Below are positions 1 through 8,969 of a stretch of DNA of 64,000 bases, in pieces; the stretch's first letter is position 1; the number at the start of each line of letters is the position of its first letter. The position numbers and the translations under genes were made by a program. This stretch comes from Cyclobacteriaceae bacterium (lineage in GTDB: Bacteria > Bacteroidota > Bacteroidia > Cytophagales > Cyclobacteriaceae). Under the pieces are notes generated by a model. The model was not told the origin of the DNA. It worked only from the letters and a program-made list of their open reading frames with translations, and ran no database searches. The DNA lies in assembly GCA_023151255.1 (NCBI GenBank), contig JAKLJG010000013.1, positions 1,990-65,989 of the forward strand, in the 5' to 3' direction.

Positions 1-1666
1 CATCACCCCGCGGGTCGGCACCGCCCTCAAGCTTTCCATCGGGTAAAACCAATATGGCATCCACCCGGCCAATGCCGCGCCTGAAACGGAAGGTGTGTCC
101 CATGTTTACCAGTTCAAGGCTGTCTTTTTCAGTAAATGCACCCTTTTCATTAAACACAAAATCCGGCATCCACTGACTGTGGAACCGCTTCGCTGAAACA
201 GCTTCCTGCATGGTCATGCCATGCTCAACCACGTTCAGGATGGTTTGAAATACTGATGTAATGATGGTTGTGCCGCCCGGTGTGCCCACTACCATAAACA
301 GGTTACCATCCTTTTCAACAATGGTGGGCGTCATTGAACTAAGCATTCGTTTGTTGGGCAGGATTTTATTTGCTTCACCGCCAATGGCACCATACATATT
401 TGGCACGCCTGGCTTTACACTGAAATCGTCCATTTCGTCATTTAAAATAAAACCCGAACCCGCAACCACTACATGTGAGCCATAACCATCGTTTAATGTT
501 GTTGTAACCGATACCGCGTTTCCTTCTGCATCAACCACCGACAGGTGAGTGGTTTGTTCGGACTCATAACCTGCAAGCTGTCCGTGATTTACTTCTGTGC
601 TGGGGGTTGCCTTATTTGGGTTAAAGTTGCCCATCCGTTCATCCAGATATTGATCCGAAACCAGTTTGGATACCGGTACATTAACAAAATCCGGATCGCC
701 AAGATAAAATGCCCGATCGGCATAGGCCCTGCGTTCAGCTTCGACCATCAGGTGGACGGTTTTCGTTTTGTTATGTCCCCAATTATTTACAGGGTAGTCG
801 CCAACTGTTTTCAGTAACTGAATAAGGGCAACGCCACCGCTGGAAGGAGGGGGCATGGAGATAATTTTGTATTCCTTGTAATAGTCGATAAGTGGTTTTC
901 TCCAAACAGCAGCATAGTTTTTAAGATCTTCTTTTGTGATGATGCCTTTCCCGCGTTGCATTTCGGCTACAATATGGTCGGCTGTAACGCCTTCGTAGAA
1001 TCCGGCCCGGCCCTCATCACGGATGCGCTCAAGCGCATGGCCCAAATCCTTATGAAAGATGGAGTCGCCTTCTCTCCACTCATCGCGCAGAAGGTGTTCG
1101 GGCAGTACTGTATTGTATTTTCTAAAATCGTCAGCAGCACTGTTCAGTCCGCGGGCTTCCTTTTCAGTAAGCGTAAAGCCGTTTAAAGCCAGGTCAATAG
1201 CAGGCTGCACCAGGTCTTTCCATGGCAGTTTACCGTACTTCTGATGCGCTTCAACAAGGCCGGCTACTGTTCCGGGTACACCGGCCGAAAGGTGGCCACG
1301 GGCACTGAGTTCGGGTATAGCGACACCGGTTTCGGCAAGGTACATATCGGGGTGGGCAGCAGCAGGCGCTTTTTCGCGGTAGTCTAACGCGTCAACGGTG
1401 CCGTCCTTAAACCGGGCTACCATAAATCCGCCTCCGCCAATATTCCCTGCTACGGGATACACCACAGCAAGAGCAAACTGGGTGGCAATGGCAGCATCTA
1501 CTGCATTGCCACCCCGCCTCATAATATCAGCGCCAACTTTACTGGCCAGCGGGTGAGCAGATACAACCATGGCTGAGTCGGTAATCATTCCGGTAACTTG
1601 TTCCTTCTTTTTCGGGCCGCAGGCAACGGCCAGTAGTACGGGCAAAAGCAGGTAAAGGCGTTTCAT
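1..1666 (-). CDS. ggt: gamma-glutamyltransferase (3' end runs off the window edge)
   Basis: Absent from the ORF track because there is no stop in the window. Hand translation from the ATG at 1666-1664 gives [20 protein letters not shown]... (lipoprotein-type signal). The autoprocessing-Thr motif TTHLSVVD lies at 530-553. The frame stays open to base 2, ending ...[10 protein letters not shown]. Confidence 0.85.
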   Translation of the reverse strand, partial: MKRLYLLLPVLLAVACGPKKKEQVTGMITDSAMVVSAHPLASKVGADIMRRGGNAVDAAIATQFALAVVYPVAGNIGGGGFMVARFKDGTVDALDYREKAPAAAHPDMYLAETGVAIPELSARGHLSAGVPGTVAGLVEAHQKYGKLPWKDLVQPAIDLALNGFTLTEKEARGLNSAADDFRKYNTVLPEHLLRDEWREGDSIFHKDLGHALERIRDEGRAGFYEGVTADHIVAEMQRGKGIITKEDLKNYAAVWRKPLIDYYKEYKIISMPPPSSGGVALIQLLKTVGDYPVNNWGHNKTKTVHLMVEAERRAYADRAFYLGDPDFVNVPVSKLVSDQYLDERMGNFNPNKATPSTEVNHGQLAGYESEQTTHLSVVDAEGNAVSVTTTLNDGYGSHVVVAGSGFILNDEMDDFSVKPGVPNMYGAIGGEANKILPNKRMLSSMTPTIVEKDGNLFMVVGTPGGTTIITSVFQTILNVVEHGMTMQEAVSAKRFHSQWMPDFVFNEKGAFTEKDSLELVNMGHTFRFRRGIGRVDAILVLPDGKLEGGADPRGD

Positions 1667-1728
1667 CAGGTAACTGTTGGTTAAGAGGCATTAAAAGTAT
1701 TAATTAATTGCAAACTTGGGTATAGTAT

Positions 1729-2358
1729 ATGGGGCTACGCAAACAAAAAGCAGCACGGTTGAAGGTGCAGATACTCGATCAGACAGTGAAGCTGATTGGA
1801 AAAAAGCCCTTTGAAGATTTGTTTGTTGATGAGATTTGTGCAAAGGTTAAAATCAGCAAGGTTACATTCTTCAAGTATTTTCCGCAGAAGGAAGACATTC
1901 TACTATATTATTTCAGATTATGGTGCTTTGACTGTTCGGTTGAGTTGCAGAGCAAACCCAGAGAGGGACTACAAGGGGTTTACTACCTGGCCGAAAAGTT
2001 AAGTGAAGCATGCGAGAACCACCCGGGACTTATGCTCAGCCTGATCGGGTACCTTGCCGATCTTAAACGACCCCCAAAACCGTTTCCTGTTAAGGCCGAA
2101 GAAAAGCAGTTACTGTATCCGGGTAAGCCCGACATCCTTACATTAGATATTCTTTCGCTTGAGCAGATGCTGGAGAAGTTTTCGCTGGAGGCGGTATTTA
2201 AAAAAGAGATCACCAAAACCAGTTCGACCCGCGAGGTGACCCATTTGTTTATGACCTGCCTGCTGGGCTCGGTGGTTACTGCCCACATTAACCAGATAAG
2301 CCCGCTGCGCTATTTTTTTAAGAAGAATCTGGAATTGGTGGTGAAGGGGTTGCAGTGA
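1729..2358 (+). CDS. TetR/AcrR-family transcriptional regulator
   Basis: 209-aa ORF with an N-terminal TetR-type HTH (ICAKVKISKVTFFKYFPQKEDIL). It is divergent from ggt. Confidence 0.8.
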   Translation: MGLRKQKAARLKVQILDQTVKLIGKKPFEDLFVDEICAKVKISKVTFFKYFPQKEDILLYYFRLWCFDCSVELQSKPREGLQGVYYLAEKLSEACENHPGLMLSLIGYLADLKRPPKPFPVKAEEKQLLYPGKPDILTLDILSLEQMLEKFSLEAVFKKEITKTSSTREVTHLFMTCLLGSVVTAHINQISPLRYFFKKNLELVVKGLQ

Positions 2359-2359
2359 A

Positions 2360-2563
2360 TTATCCTTTCATCTTAACCCGCTTAACTCCCTGTTTTTCAG
2401 GTTGTATGCGCAGCCTGCCGATATGCCACTTCTTCTTATAAACATGGTTTTTATACCACGTTTGGTGGTTCCGAGGCTTTACAACGGTTGATCCCCCGGG
2501 CTCAGCACCTTTGCAAGCAACTAAGCTCGATATAATCATAAGTACCCAAAGGCGGTGCAACAT
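2360..2563 (-). CDS. small basic hypothetical lipoprotein
   Basis: 67-aa ORF with a signal peptide and lipobox (LVAC). It has no recognisable family, and its small size leaves the call uncertain. Confidence 0.3.
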   Translation of the reverse strand: MLHRLWVLMIISSLVACKGAEPGGSTVVKPRNHQTWYKNHVYKKKWHIGRLRIQPEKQGVKRVKMKG

Positions 2564-2651
2564 ACCTATTTGAATATCGTAAACATTGCAAAATGCGGCT
2601 TATTTCACTAATTTCACAAATCTAACCAACCCTTTAACCCATAAATATCTT

Positions 2652-3497
2652 ATGAAAAATCTATTGTTGTCTTTAATTCTTATTGCCTTTTGCATTTCTG
2701 CCTTTGCACAAGATGAAGGCGAAGCGGTTGCTAAGGCCCGTTTTGATAGGGATAAGTCTTTTTATGTGGCAGGCGGATTAGCATTGCCATTTGGCGGCAA
2801 GTTGGACGATTATGGTAATGGTGTAAGCTTTGAAGGTGGATTTCTTAAACGCCTAAACAAGGTCCTTTCACTTGGAGGAAACTTGTCTTACTTGAGCATG
2901 AAATATGACCCGGCTAATACATATCCTTATTACTACAATGTTTCAAGTAATTATGCGATTGAATTAGAGATAGATGGTGGGGATGTGACTATGCTATCAG
3001 CCGGATTTGTTCTTAAGTTAAACTTTATTCCTGTCAGCGATAACTCAACTCTTTCAATTTATGGTATTGCCAATCCATTTGTAGCGCAGTCCACACGTTC
3101 CGAAATGGAGGGAAGAGGCTATTTTTATGAGAATCTTGATTCGGATGGCCAGTGGAACGATCCGGTTTCTGGACTATTCCCGGATGTGTGGGATGCAACA
3201 GATTTCCCTATCCTTAGTGAAGAGACCAAAATAACCGGAGGTGTACAGGTTGGATTTGGACTTGAGTTTATGCCAGTGAAACCTGTATCATTCTTTCTAC
3301 AGACAACGGTGGGCTACACCGGCACAATTTCGTATATCAGTACACAGGATTATCTAAGTAATGCCGAACAATATGTTGATGGTAATGGAACAATCTATTA
3401 TGATGCTGATCCAACGTACTATAACCCTCAATTTCCCATATTAAAAAGTGGATTTCCTGCGTTAAGTGTTAGGTTTGGGTTATCATTTAACTTTTAA
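2652..3497 (+). CDS. putative outer-membrane beta-barrel protein
   Basis: I moved the start to the internal ATG at 2652, which gives a clean signal peptide (MKNLLLSLILIAFCISAFAQ). The sequence has alternating aromatic/Gly beta-strand character and a C-terminal ...RFGLSFNF typical of OMPs. Confidence 0.6.
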   Translation: MKNLLLSLILIAFCISAFAQDEGEAVAKARFDRDKSFYVAGGLALPFGGKLDDYGNGVSFEGGFLKRLNKVLSLGGNLSYLSMKYDPANTYPYYYNVSSNYAIELEIDGGDVTMLSAGFVLKLNFIPVSDNSTLSIYGIANPFVAQSTRSEMEGRGYFYENLDSDGQWNDPVSGLFPDVWDATDFPILSEETKITGGVQVGFGLEFMPVKPVSFFLQTTVGYTGTISYISTQDYLSNAEQYVDGNGTIYYDADPTYYNPQFPILKSGFPALSVRFGLSFNF

Positions 3498-3509
3498 CCA
3501 AGTGCCGAT

Positions 3510-4946
3510 ATGACAATTCGAATTTGTGTCGCATTTTGTATTGTATGGACAAATTCGTTAGCACAATATAGGCTTTATGAAGAGGGGCTAAAGAAATACA
3601 ATGACAAAGATTACTACGGTGCCATTGAAACACTCTCTGATTTTTTAACCCGCCCTGTCCGTGACAAAAAGTTTGATGTAGATGCCTATTACTGGCGGGG
3701 CATGGCCGCGTTTAAACTGGGTGATTTTACTGTGGCTGCAGAAGACTTGAAGCAAAGCCTTGCACTTAAGCACGGTAACGTAGGCAACATTCATTGGTTT
3801 ATTGCCAAGTGTTACGAAAACGAGAAATTGTATAATGATGCCATTGTAGCGTATTCGGATGCCCTAAAAATCCTCCGCATCGATAAACAGAAGGAATTTC
3901 AGATACTAACCGAGCGATCGGGTGTTTATGCGAAAATGGGCAACCAATCTGCGGCAATTGCCGACCTGCAGGCAGCCTTGGCAATACAGCCAAATAATGA
4001 AATGGTTAAAAACAGCCTGGCGATGTTATCCGACCCCAAGTCGCGAAACGCTGATGTAAAAACTGAAACGGTTACCCCGGTAGTTGCCAAAAAGGATGAA
4101 CCTGTAAAGACTGAATCTAAAGTTGAAACAAAACCGGAGCCAGTTAAAACCGAAGAAACGATTGTAACCAACCCGCAGCCGGTTGTTCAGCAGCCCGTGG
4201 TAACAACACCAAAAGAACCCACACTGGAAGAACTGTATGGTGATGAAAAGCGTTACGCGCTGGTGATTGGCAACTCGGCCTACTCCAAACAAATTGGGGT
4301 GCTGAAGAATCCTGTTAATGATGCGACTGACTTTGCTGAAGTGCTCAAAAGCATGAATTTTGACGTTACCCTGATTACCGATGCGAGTTACGGTAAAATC
4401 CGGGCCGAGATGATGAAGTTCAGGGATAAACTCAATCAGGGTGAGCGCGACAAAACTGTGGGCCTGTTTTTCTATGCCGGGCATGGGTTGCAACACGAGA
4501 ATGAGAATTACATAGTACCCGTTGATGCGGAGATCATGTATGAAGATGATATTTCCAGATTCTGTTTCCCGATTCAGAAAATGGTGCTTGCGCAAATGGA
4601 GATGTCGAACAGCCGGATGAACATTGTGATATTGGATGCCTGTCGTAACAATCCCTTTCCGGCACTGCACCGAAGTATAGGTGAATCCACCGGGTTAGGA
4701 GAGATGAAAAAAGCCCGTGGTGCCTTTATTGCTTATGCCACCTCACCGGGCTCAGTAGCTTCGGACGGTACCGGTCGTAACGGCCTTTACACCCAGGAAC
4801 TGATTAAAGCCATGAGCAAACCGGGCCGTACAATTGAGCAGGTTTTTAAAGAGGTACGGGCCAATGTATTAAGGCAATCCGGTGAGCGCCAAAACCCCTG
4901 GGAGAATTCAAATATTATTGGCGACTTCTATTTTAAGCTGAAATAA
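3510..4946 (+). CDS. exported TPR-repeat / caspase-like (peptidase C14) protein
   Basis: 478 aa. It has a signal peptide, TPR-like repeats, a Pro/Thr/Lys/Glu-rich linker, and a C14 domain with the His (FFYAGHG) and Cys (ILDACRNNPF) dyad. It starts 12 nt after the upstream OMP gene. Confidence 0.85.
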   Translation: MTIRICVAFCIVWTNSLAQYRLYEEGLKKYNDKDYYGAIETLSDFLTRPVRDKKFDVDAYYWRGMAAFKLGDFTVAAEDLKQSLALKHGNVGNIHWFIAKCYENEKLYNDAIVAYSDALKILRIDKQKEFQILTERSGVYAKMGNQSAAIADLQAALAIQPNNEMVKNSLAMLSDPKSRNADVKTETVTPVVAKKDEPVKTESKVETKPEPVKTEETIVTNPQPVVQQPVVTTPKEPTLEELYGDEKRYALVIGNSAYSKQIGVLKNPVNDATDFAEVLKSMNFDVTLITDASYGKIRAEMMKFRDKLNQGERDKTVGLFFYAGHGLQHENENYIVPVDAEIMYEDDISRFCFPIQKMVLAQMEMSNSRMNIVILDACRNNPFPALHRSIGESTGLGEMKKARGAFIAYATSPGSVASDGTGRNGLYTQELIKAMSKPGRTIEQVFKEVRANVLRQSGERQNPWENSNIIGDFYFKLK

Positions 4947-4949
4947 GCG

Positions 4950-4973
4950 AAAAAGAGCCCTTTTCAGGGCTCT
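4950..4973 (-). terminator. rho-independent terminator downstream of tRNA-Asp (may also stop the convergent caspase gene)
   Basis: Perfect 7-bp stem AGAGCCC/GGGCTCT (4954-4960 and 4967-4973) with a 6-nt loop. On the minus strand it is followed by a T-run. Confidence 0.7.
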
Positions 4974-4978
4974 TCGGC

Positions 4979-5055
4979 TGGCGGTCCGGACGGGACTCGA
5001 ACCCGCGACCTCCTGCGTGACAGGCAGGCATTCTAACCAGCTGAACTACCGGACC
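4979..5055 (-). tRNA. tRNA-Asp (anticodon GUC), CCA encoded
   Basis: The reverse complement GGTCCGGTAGTTCAGCTGGTTAGAATGCCTGCCTGTCACGCAGGAGGTCGCGGGTTCGAGTCCCGTCCGGACCGCCA folds as a 77-nt cloverleaf. The acceptor is GGTCCGG/CCGGACC, the anticodon loop is CTGTCAC, and the T-loop is TTCGAGT. Confidence 0.93.
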
Positions 5056-5071
5056 AATTTTAATGAGGCTG

Positions 5072-5102
5072 CAAAGATAACGGCTCGTTTCTGATCTCCA
5101 AA
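5072..5102 (-). promoter_or_regulatory. Bacteroidota-type promoter for tRNA-Asp (TTTG-N19-TATCTTTG)
   Basis: On the minus strand, TATCTTTG (5079-5072) matches the TAnnTTTG -7 consensus and lies 16 nt upstream of the mature tRNA 5' end. A TTTG (5102-5099) sits 19 nt further upstream. Confidence 0.55.
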
Positions 5103-5228
5103 ACCATGATCTGATTAGCACAATTACATGATTTTAAAAGACGGTTTCTTGTTGATTTAGATACGGTTTCTTTATTTGTACCGTTTTCAAAGGTTAAATT
5201 TTCAAATATTTTTCAAGTGAAGGAAGTG

Positions 5229-5564
5229 ATGTGGAAAATAACGGGCATTGTTAGTAAACTGGTTCCCCTGTTGCTTGTGATAACATTGCTGACAACGGCA
5301 GCCTGCAAGGAAGAAGAGGTTAACTGTAGTTCGATTGAATTTCAACTACAAAATGCCAATCGTGATTTGTTACAAGCAGCTTTTGATGGGGATTGCGAAG
5401 AGGTCAACCGGTTATTCTCCAAAATATTCTCCCTGCTCCGCGAGGGAAAAAATTGTGAATATGTGATTAACTTGGTAGCTGACGAAGGATATTCCGATGT
5501 GCAGAGTTACATCGATTACCTGGAAGAAGAGCGGGATAGAATTCATGATGCATTGTCGTGCTAG
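5229..5564 (+). CDS. hypothetical lipoprotein
   Basis: The track ORF starts at GTG 5217; I prefer the in-frame ATG at 5229. It has a signal peptide plus lipobox (LLTTAAC) and no recognisable family. Confidence 0.5.
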   Translation: MWKITGIVSKLVPLLLVITLLTTAACKEEEVNCSSIEFQLQNANRDLLQAAFDGDCEEVNRLFSKIFSLLREGKNCEYVINLVADEGYSDVQSYIDYLEEERDRIHDALSC

Positions 5565-5632
5565 CCACTAATCAGTTGTAAACGCAGATTTCATCACAGT
5601 TACTCCTTTATTTCAATTTTGCATAAACCTGT

Positions 5633-5640
5633 TAACTTTG
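5633..5640 (+). promoter_or_regulatory. possible -7 box (TAACTTTG) upstream of accA
   Basis: Exact TAnnTTTG match 19 nt upstream of the accA start codon. No well-spaced -33 TTTG is present. Confidence 0.3.
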
Positions 5641-5659
5641 TCTGTTCATTTACAATGCT

Positions 5660-6607
5660 ATGTTGCTCGACTTTGAAAAGCCGATTGCCGAATTGGAAGC
5701 CAAACTGGAAGACATGAAGCACCTGGCTGGCGATAACGATAAAGAGGTTAATGATGCCATCAAAGCCCTTGAAAAGAAAATCATTGATCTGAAAAAGGAA
5801 ACGTTTGAAAACCTTACCGGCTGGCAACGGGTGCAGTTGTCCCGCCATCCCGACAGGCCCTATACGCTCGATTACATTTACGAAATCACCTCCGAGTTTA
5901 TTGAGTTGTTTGGCGACCGCAACGTGGCGGATGACAAAGCCATGGTGGGCGGTTTCGGCACAATCGAAGGGCAAACATTTATGCTTATTGGCCAGCAGAA
6001 GGGTCGCACCACCAAGCAACGTCAGATGCGTAATTTTGGCATGGCCAATCCCGAAGGGTACCGCAAAGCACTGCGGCTGATGCGCATGGCCGAAAAATTT
6101 AATAAGCCCATTGTAACCTTTATTGATACACCCGGTGCCTTTCCGGGACTTGAAGCCGAAGAGCGCGGACAGGGGGAAGCTATTGCCCGAAACCTGAAGG
6201 AGATGTTCACCCTGAAGGTGCCAGTAATCTGTATCATTATTGGCGAAGGAGCTTCAGGAGGTGCGCTCGGCATTGGCATTGGCGACCGGGTATATATGCT
6301 AGAGAACACCTGGTATTCGGTGATCTCGCCTGAATCCTGTTCATCAATTTTATGGCGTAGTTGGGACTACAAAGAGCAGGCAGCTGAGGTATTGAAGCTT
6401 ACTGCCAAAGATATGCTTCAGCTAAAAATGATTGATGGCATCATTAAAGAGCCGCTGGGGGGCGCTCATACTGACGTAAAATGGATGGCCAATGAAGTAA
6501 AACGTATGATCCTTGAGAGCACAAAAGAACTTTCGGCAATTTCTCCGGTAAACCGGATTCAGCAACGCATTGATAAATTCTGTGCCATGGGCGTGGTTAA
6601 AGAATAA
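5660..6607 (+). CDS. accA: acetyl-CoA carboxylase carboxyltransferase subunit alpha
   Basis: 315 aa with a typical AccA sequence over the full length ([11 protein letters not shown]..., [20 protein letters not shown]). Confidence 0.93.
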   Translation: MLLDFEKPIAELEAKLEDMKHLAGDNDKEVNDAIKALEKKIIDLKKETFENLTGWQRVQLSRHPDRPYTLDYIYEITSEFIELFGDRNVADDKAMVGGFGTIEGQTFMLIGQQKGRTTKQRQMRNFGMANPEGYRKALRLMRMAEKFNKPIVTFIDTPGAFPGLEAEERGQGEAIARNLKEMFTLKVPVICIIIGEGASGGALGIGIGDRVYMLENTWYSVISPESCSSILWRSWDYKEQAAEVLKLTAKDMLQLKMIDGIIKEPLGGAHTDVKWMANEVKRMILESTKELSAISPVNRIQQRIDKFCAMGVVKE

Positions 6608-6633
6608 TGTTTGGCCTGGCACACAATCGACTT

Positions 6634-6660
6634 AAAACCGCCTGGAAGGGCGGTTTTTTT
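6634..6660 (+). terminator. rho-independent terminator after accA
   Basis: Stem AAAACCGCC/GGCGGTTTT with loop TGGAAG, followed by a T-run. Confidence 0.75.
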
Positions 6661-6685
6661 CTATTTTTACGAATAGTAAAATCGG

Positions 6686-7357
6686 ATGGGTAAAGGCAAA
6701 GAGAAAATTCAGTGGAAGAATCAGCTGGTGAGCCTGGTGGCCATCATCATTGGTGTCTACATTGCCTTCTATCTTTCGGAGCGGGCTTCGGCAGCGAAAG
6801 ACCGCAATCAGGCGAAAGCGTTTCTGGTTGCCATGGCAGATGACCTACAGGAAGACATTAGTAACCTCACCGAGTCGACAGATACATTGAGGTACTATAC
6901 GCAAGTATCGCGTGCGTTAACGCAGAGCGTTATTTCCAGACGCATTCCTAAAGATTCGCTCAACGCCATGATCAACAGCCTTTACCTGATTGTTCCATTC
7001 AACCCAAAGGACAATGCGTACCAATCGCTTTTGGCTTCGGGCAAACTGGAATTGGTTGGCGATTTTGAATTGAGAAGTAAGATTACCGCCTTGTACCATC
7101 AACACTATGGAGCCATTCGAATTACGGATGATATATCTAATCAGACGCGTCTTCAGTTGATTACGCCATTTTTGATAGAACGCCTCCGCTTCACACCTAA
7201 GGGATTGGCAAACGCTGAAGAGTTATGGCAAGACAACATGTTTGTGAATATCGCCTTCTCCATGCAGTACAGCATGCAGATGAAGTACCAGGTCGACTCT
7301 GTTGCGCTGGTGCACGCCAAAGAACTGAAACAACTGATTGAAAAGGAATTAGAATGA
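6686..7357 (+). CDS. hypothetical single-pass membrane protein
   Basis: 223 aa with one N-terminal TM helix (LVSLVAIIIGVYIAFYL). Its stop overlaps the next gene's start (ATGA). Confidence 0.6.
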   Translation: MGKGKEKIQWKNQLVSLVAIIIGVYIAFYLSERASAAKDRNQAKAFLVAMADDLQEDISNLTESTDTLRYYTQVSRALTQSVISRRIPKDSLNAMINSLYLIVPFNPKDNAYQSLLASGKLELVGDFELRSKITALYHQHYGAIRITDDISNQTRLQLITPFLIERLRFTPKGLANAEELWQDNMFVNIAFSMQYSMQMKYQVDSVALVHAKELKQLIEKELE

Positions 7358-8190
7358 AATTGCATGTAATAGATACCGGTTTTTTTAAGTTAGATGGCGG
7401 TGCCATGTTTGGCGTAGTTCCCAAAACCATCTGGCAAAAAACCAATCCGGCTGATGAAAATAACCTGTGTACATGGGCCATGCGCTGTTTGCTGATTGAA
7501 GACGGGGATAAACTAATATTGATTGATAATGGCATCGGAGACAAACAGGATGCGAAATTCTTTAGCCATTATTACCTTCATGGCAATGACACATTGGTCG
7601 GTTCCATCCGGAAGGCTGGCTTTGACCCGAAGGACATTACCGATATGTTTCTTACCCACCTGCATTTTGACCACTGTGGAGGCGGTGTGATACGTACTGG
7701 GGAGAACTTGGAACTGACGTTTAAAAATGCTCAGTACTGGTCAAATGCTGATCATTGGAAATGGGCTACCGAGCCCAATCCTCGCGAGAAGGCAAGTTTT
7801 TTAAAAGAGAACATTTTGCCGATGGAGGAGAGCGGACAACTGCAATTTGTAAATGCGGGTGGTCTTTCCCCATTTACTCAGTTTGAAATTCTTTACGTAA
7901 ATGGCCATACCGATAAAATGATGATACCAATAATCCGATACAAGGGTCAAACAATTTGCTTTATGGCTGATTTAATTCCATCAACAGGTCATATTCCGTT
8001 ACCCTATGTAATGGGGTATGATACACGGCCCCTTCTGACACTGGAAGAAAAGGCTCGCTTTTTAAATGAAGCGGCAGATAATCATTATATTCTTTATTTC
8101 GAGCACGACCCGGTTAATGAATGTTGTACAGTGAAACACACAGACAAAGGGGTGAGGCTTGATGAGGTTTTACGGTTGGCTGACCTATGA
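7354..8190 (+). CDS. MBL-fold metallo-hydrolase
   Basis: 278 aa carrying the HxHxDH motif (THLHFDHCGG). It shares ATGA overlaps with both neighbouring genes. Confidence 0.8.
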   Translation: MKLHVIDTGFFKLDGGAMFGVVPKTIWQKTNPADENNLCTWAMRCLLIEDGDKLILIDNGIGDKQDAKFFSHYYLHGNDTLVGSIRKAGFDPKDITDMFLTHLHFDHCGGGVIRTGENLELTFKNAQYWSNADHWKWATEPNPREKASFLKENILPMEESGQLQFVNAGGLSPFTQFEILYVNGHTDKMMIPIIRYKGQTICFMADLIPSTGHIPLPYVMGYDTRPLLTLEEKARFLNEAADNHYILYFEHDPVNECCTVKHTDKGVRLDEVLRLADL

Positions 8191-8969
8191 AAATCGGATT
8201 GGCATTATCAGGTGGTGGGGCGCGGGGCATTGCCCATTTGGGTGTTATTAAGGCGCTCGAAGAACTTGGCCTTACGTTTTCTGCTGTTTCAGGTACCAGC
8301 GCTGGCGCAGTGGCAGGGGCTTTTTATTGTGCAGGTTATAAACCCGATGAGATCCTGCATATTATTACCTCCATGGGTTTTCTTAATTCCGTGCGCCCGG
8401 CCTGGTCGTGGACCGGTTTGTTAAGCATGGAAGGTTTTAGGGAAGTTATGCACAAACACATTCCACATAACAGTTTTGAGAAATTAAATCCCTCGCTCAC
8501 CGTTGCCGCTACTGAAATACGGTTGGGTAAAGTGGTTTATTTTACCGAAGGAGAATTGATTCCCGCGGTTATAGCTTCTTCCAGCATTCCCGCCATTTTC
8601 AATCCGGTAACACTAAACGGAAATGTTTATGTTGATGGCGGTTTAATGGATAACCTGCCTGCCCGGCCGTTGGTAGGGAAATGTGATTTTATTATTGGAA
8701 GTCATTGCAACCCGGTCGATCAACGATTTGATATTAAAAATGTTAAAGAAGTTACCGAGCGAAGCTTACTTATTGCAATTAACGTAAGCACCGCTCACAG
8801 CAAAACCCATTGTAATTTTGTTTTCGAATCGCCCGAACTGGGCAAGTACAGTACCTTTGACTTAGCCAAAGGAAAAGAAATATTTCAAATCGGTTACCGC
8901 AATGCCAAAAGCCGGTTGCCGGAGTTGGAGCAACAACTAAAACAACATGCCGGTAAATACAACGCTTGA
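8187..8969 (+). CDS. patatin-like phospholipase
   Basis: 260 aa with the oxyanion GGGARG, the nucleophile elbow GTSAGA, and the DGG Asp motif (VDGGLMDN). Confidence 0.85.
   Translation: MKIGLALSGGGARGIAHLGVIKALEELGLTFSAVSGTSAGAVAGAFYCAGYKPDEILHIITSMGFLNSVRPAWSWTGLLSMEGFREVMHKHIPHNSFEKLNPSLTVAATEIRLGKVVYFTEGELIPAVIASSSIPAIFNPVTLNGNVYVDGGLMDNLPARPLVGKCDFIIGSHCNPVDQRFDIKNVKEVTERSLLIAINVSTAHSKTHCNFVFESPELGKYSTFDLAKGKEIFQIGYRNAKSRLPELEQQLKQHAGKYNA

Noticed and set aside
4050-4210. Repetitive Lys/Glu/Thr/Pro/Val-coding stretch in the caspase gene as a possible tandem DNA repeat or CRISPR-like array.
   Set aside because: It is in frame and irregular at the nucleotide level, consistent with a low-complexity protein linker. 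There are no spacer-repeat units.
4026-4670. 214-aa minus-strand ORF inside the TPR-caspase gene. Similar long antisense ORFs occur at 5600-6019 (accA), 13510-13878 (carbonic anhydrase), 27251-27568, 56447-56830 (S8 peptidase) and 58423-58812 (TrpF-like).
   Set aside because: All lie entirely within, and antisense to, genes with strong family signatures. Their translations are low-complexity or motif-free. They are typical shadow ORFs.
4979-5600. tRNA-Asp as a possible integration site for a genomic island.
   Set aside because: There is no integrase, no duplicated tRNA 3' segment and no compositional break next to the tRNA. The neighbours are a small lipoprotein gene and accA.
7354-8969. Patatin plus MBL-hydrolase pair as a CBASS-like or other lipase-effector defence module.
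   Set aside because: No cyclase, sensor, NTPase or other signalling partner is present. The genes sit in a housekeeping-looking operon with no mobile-element context.
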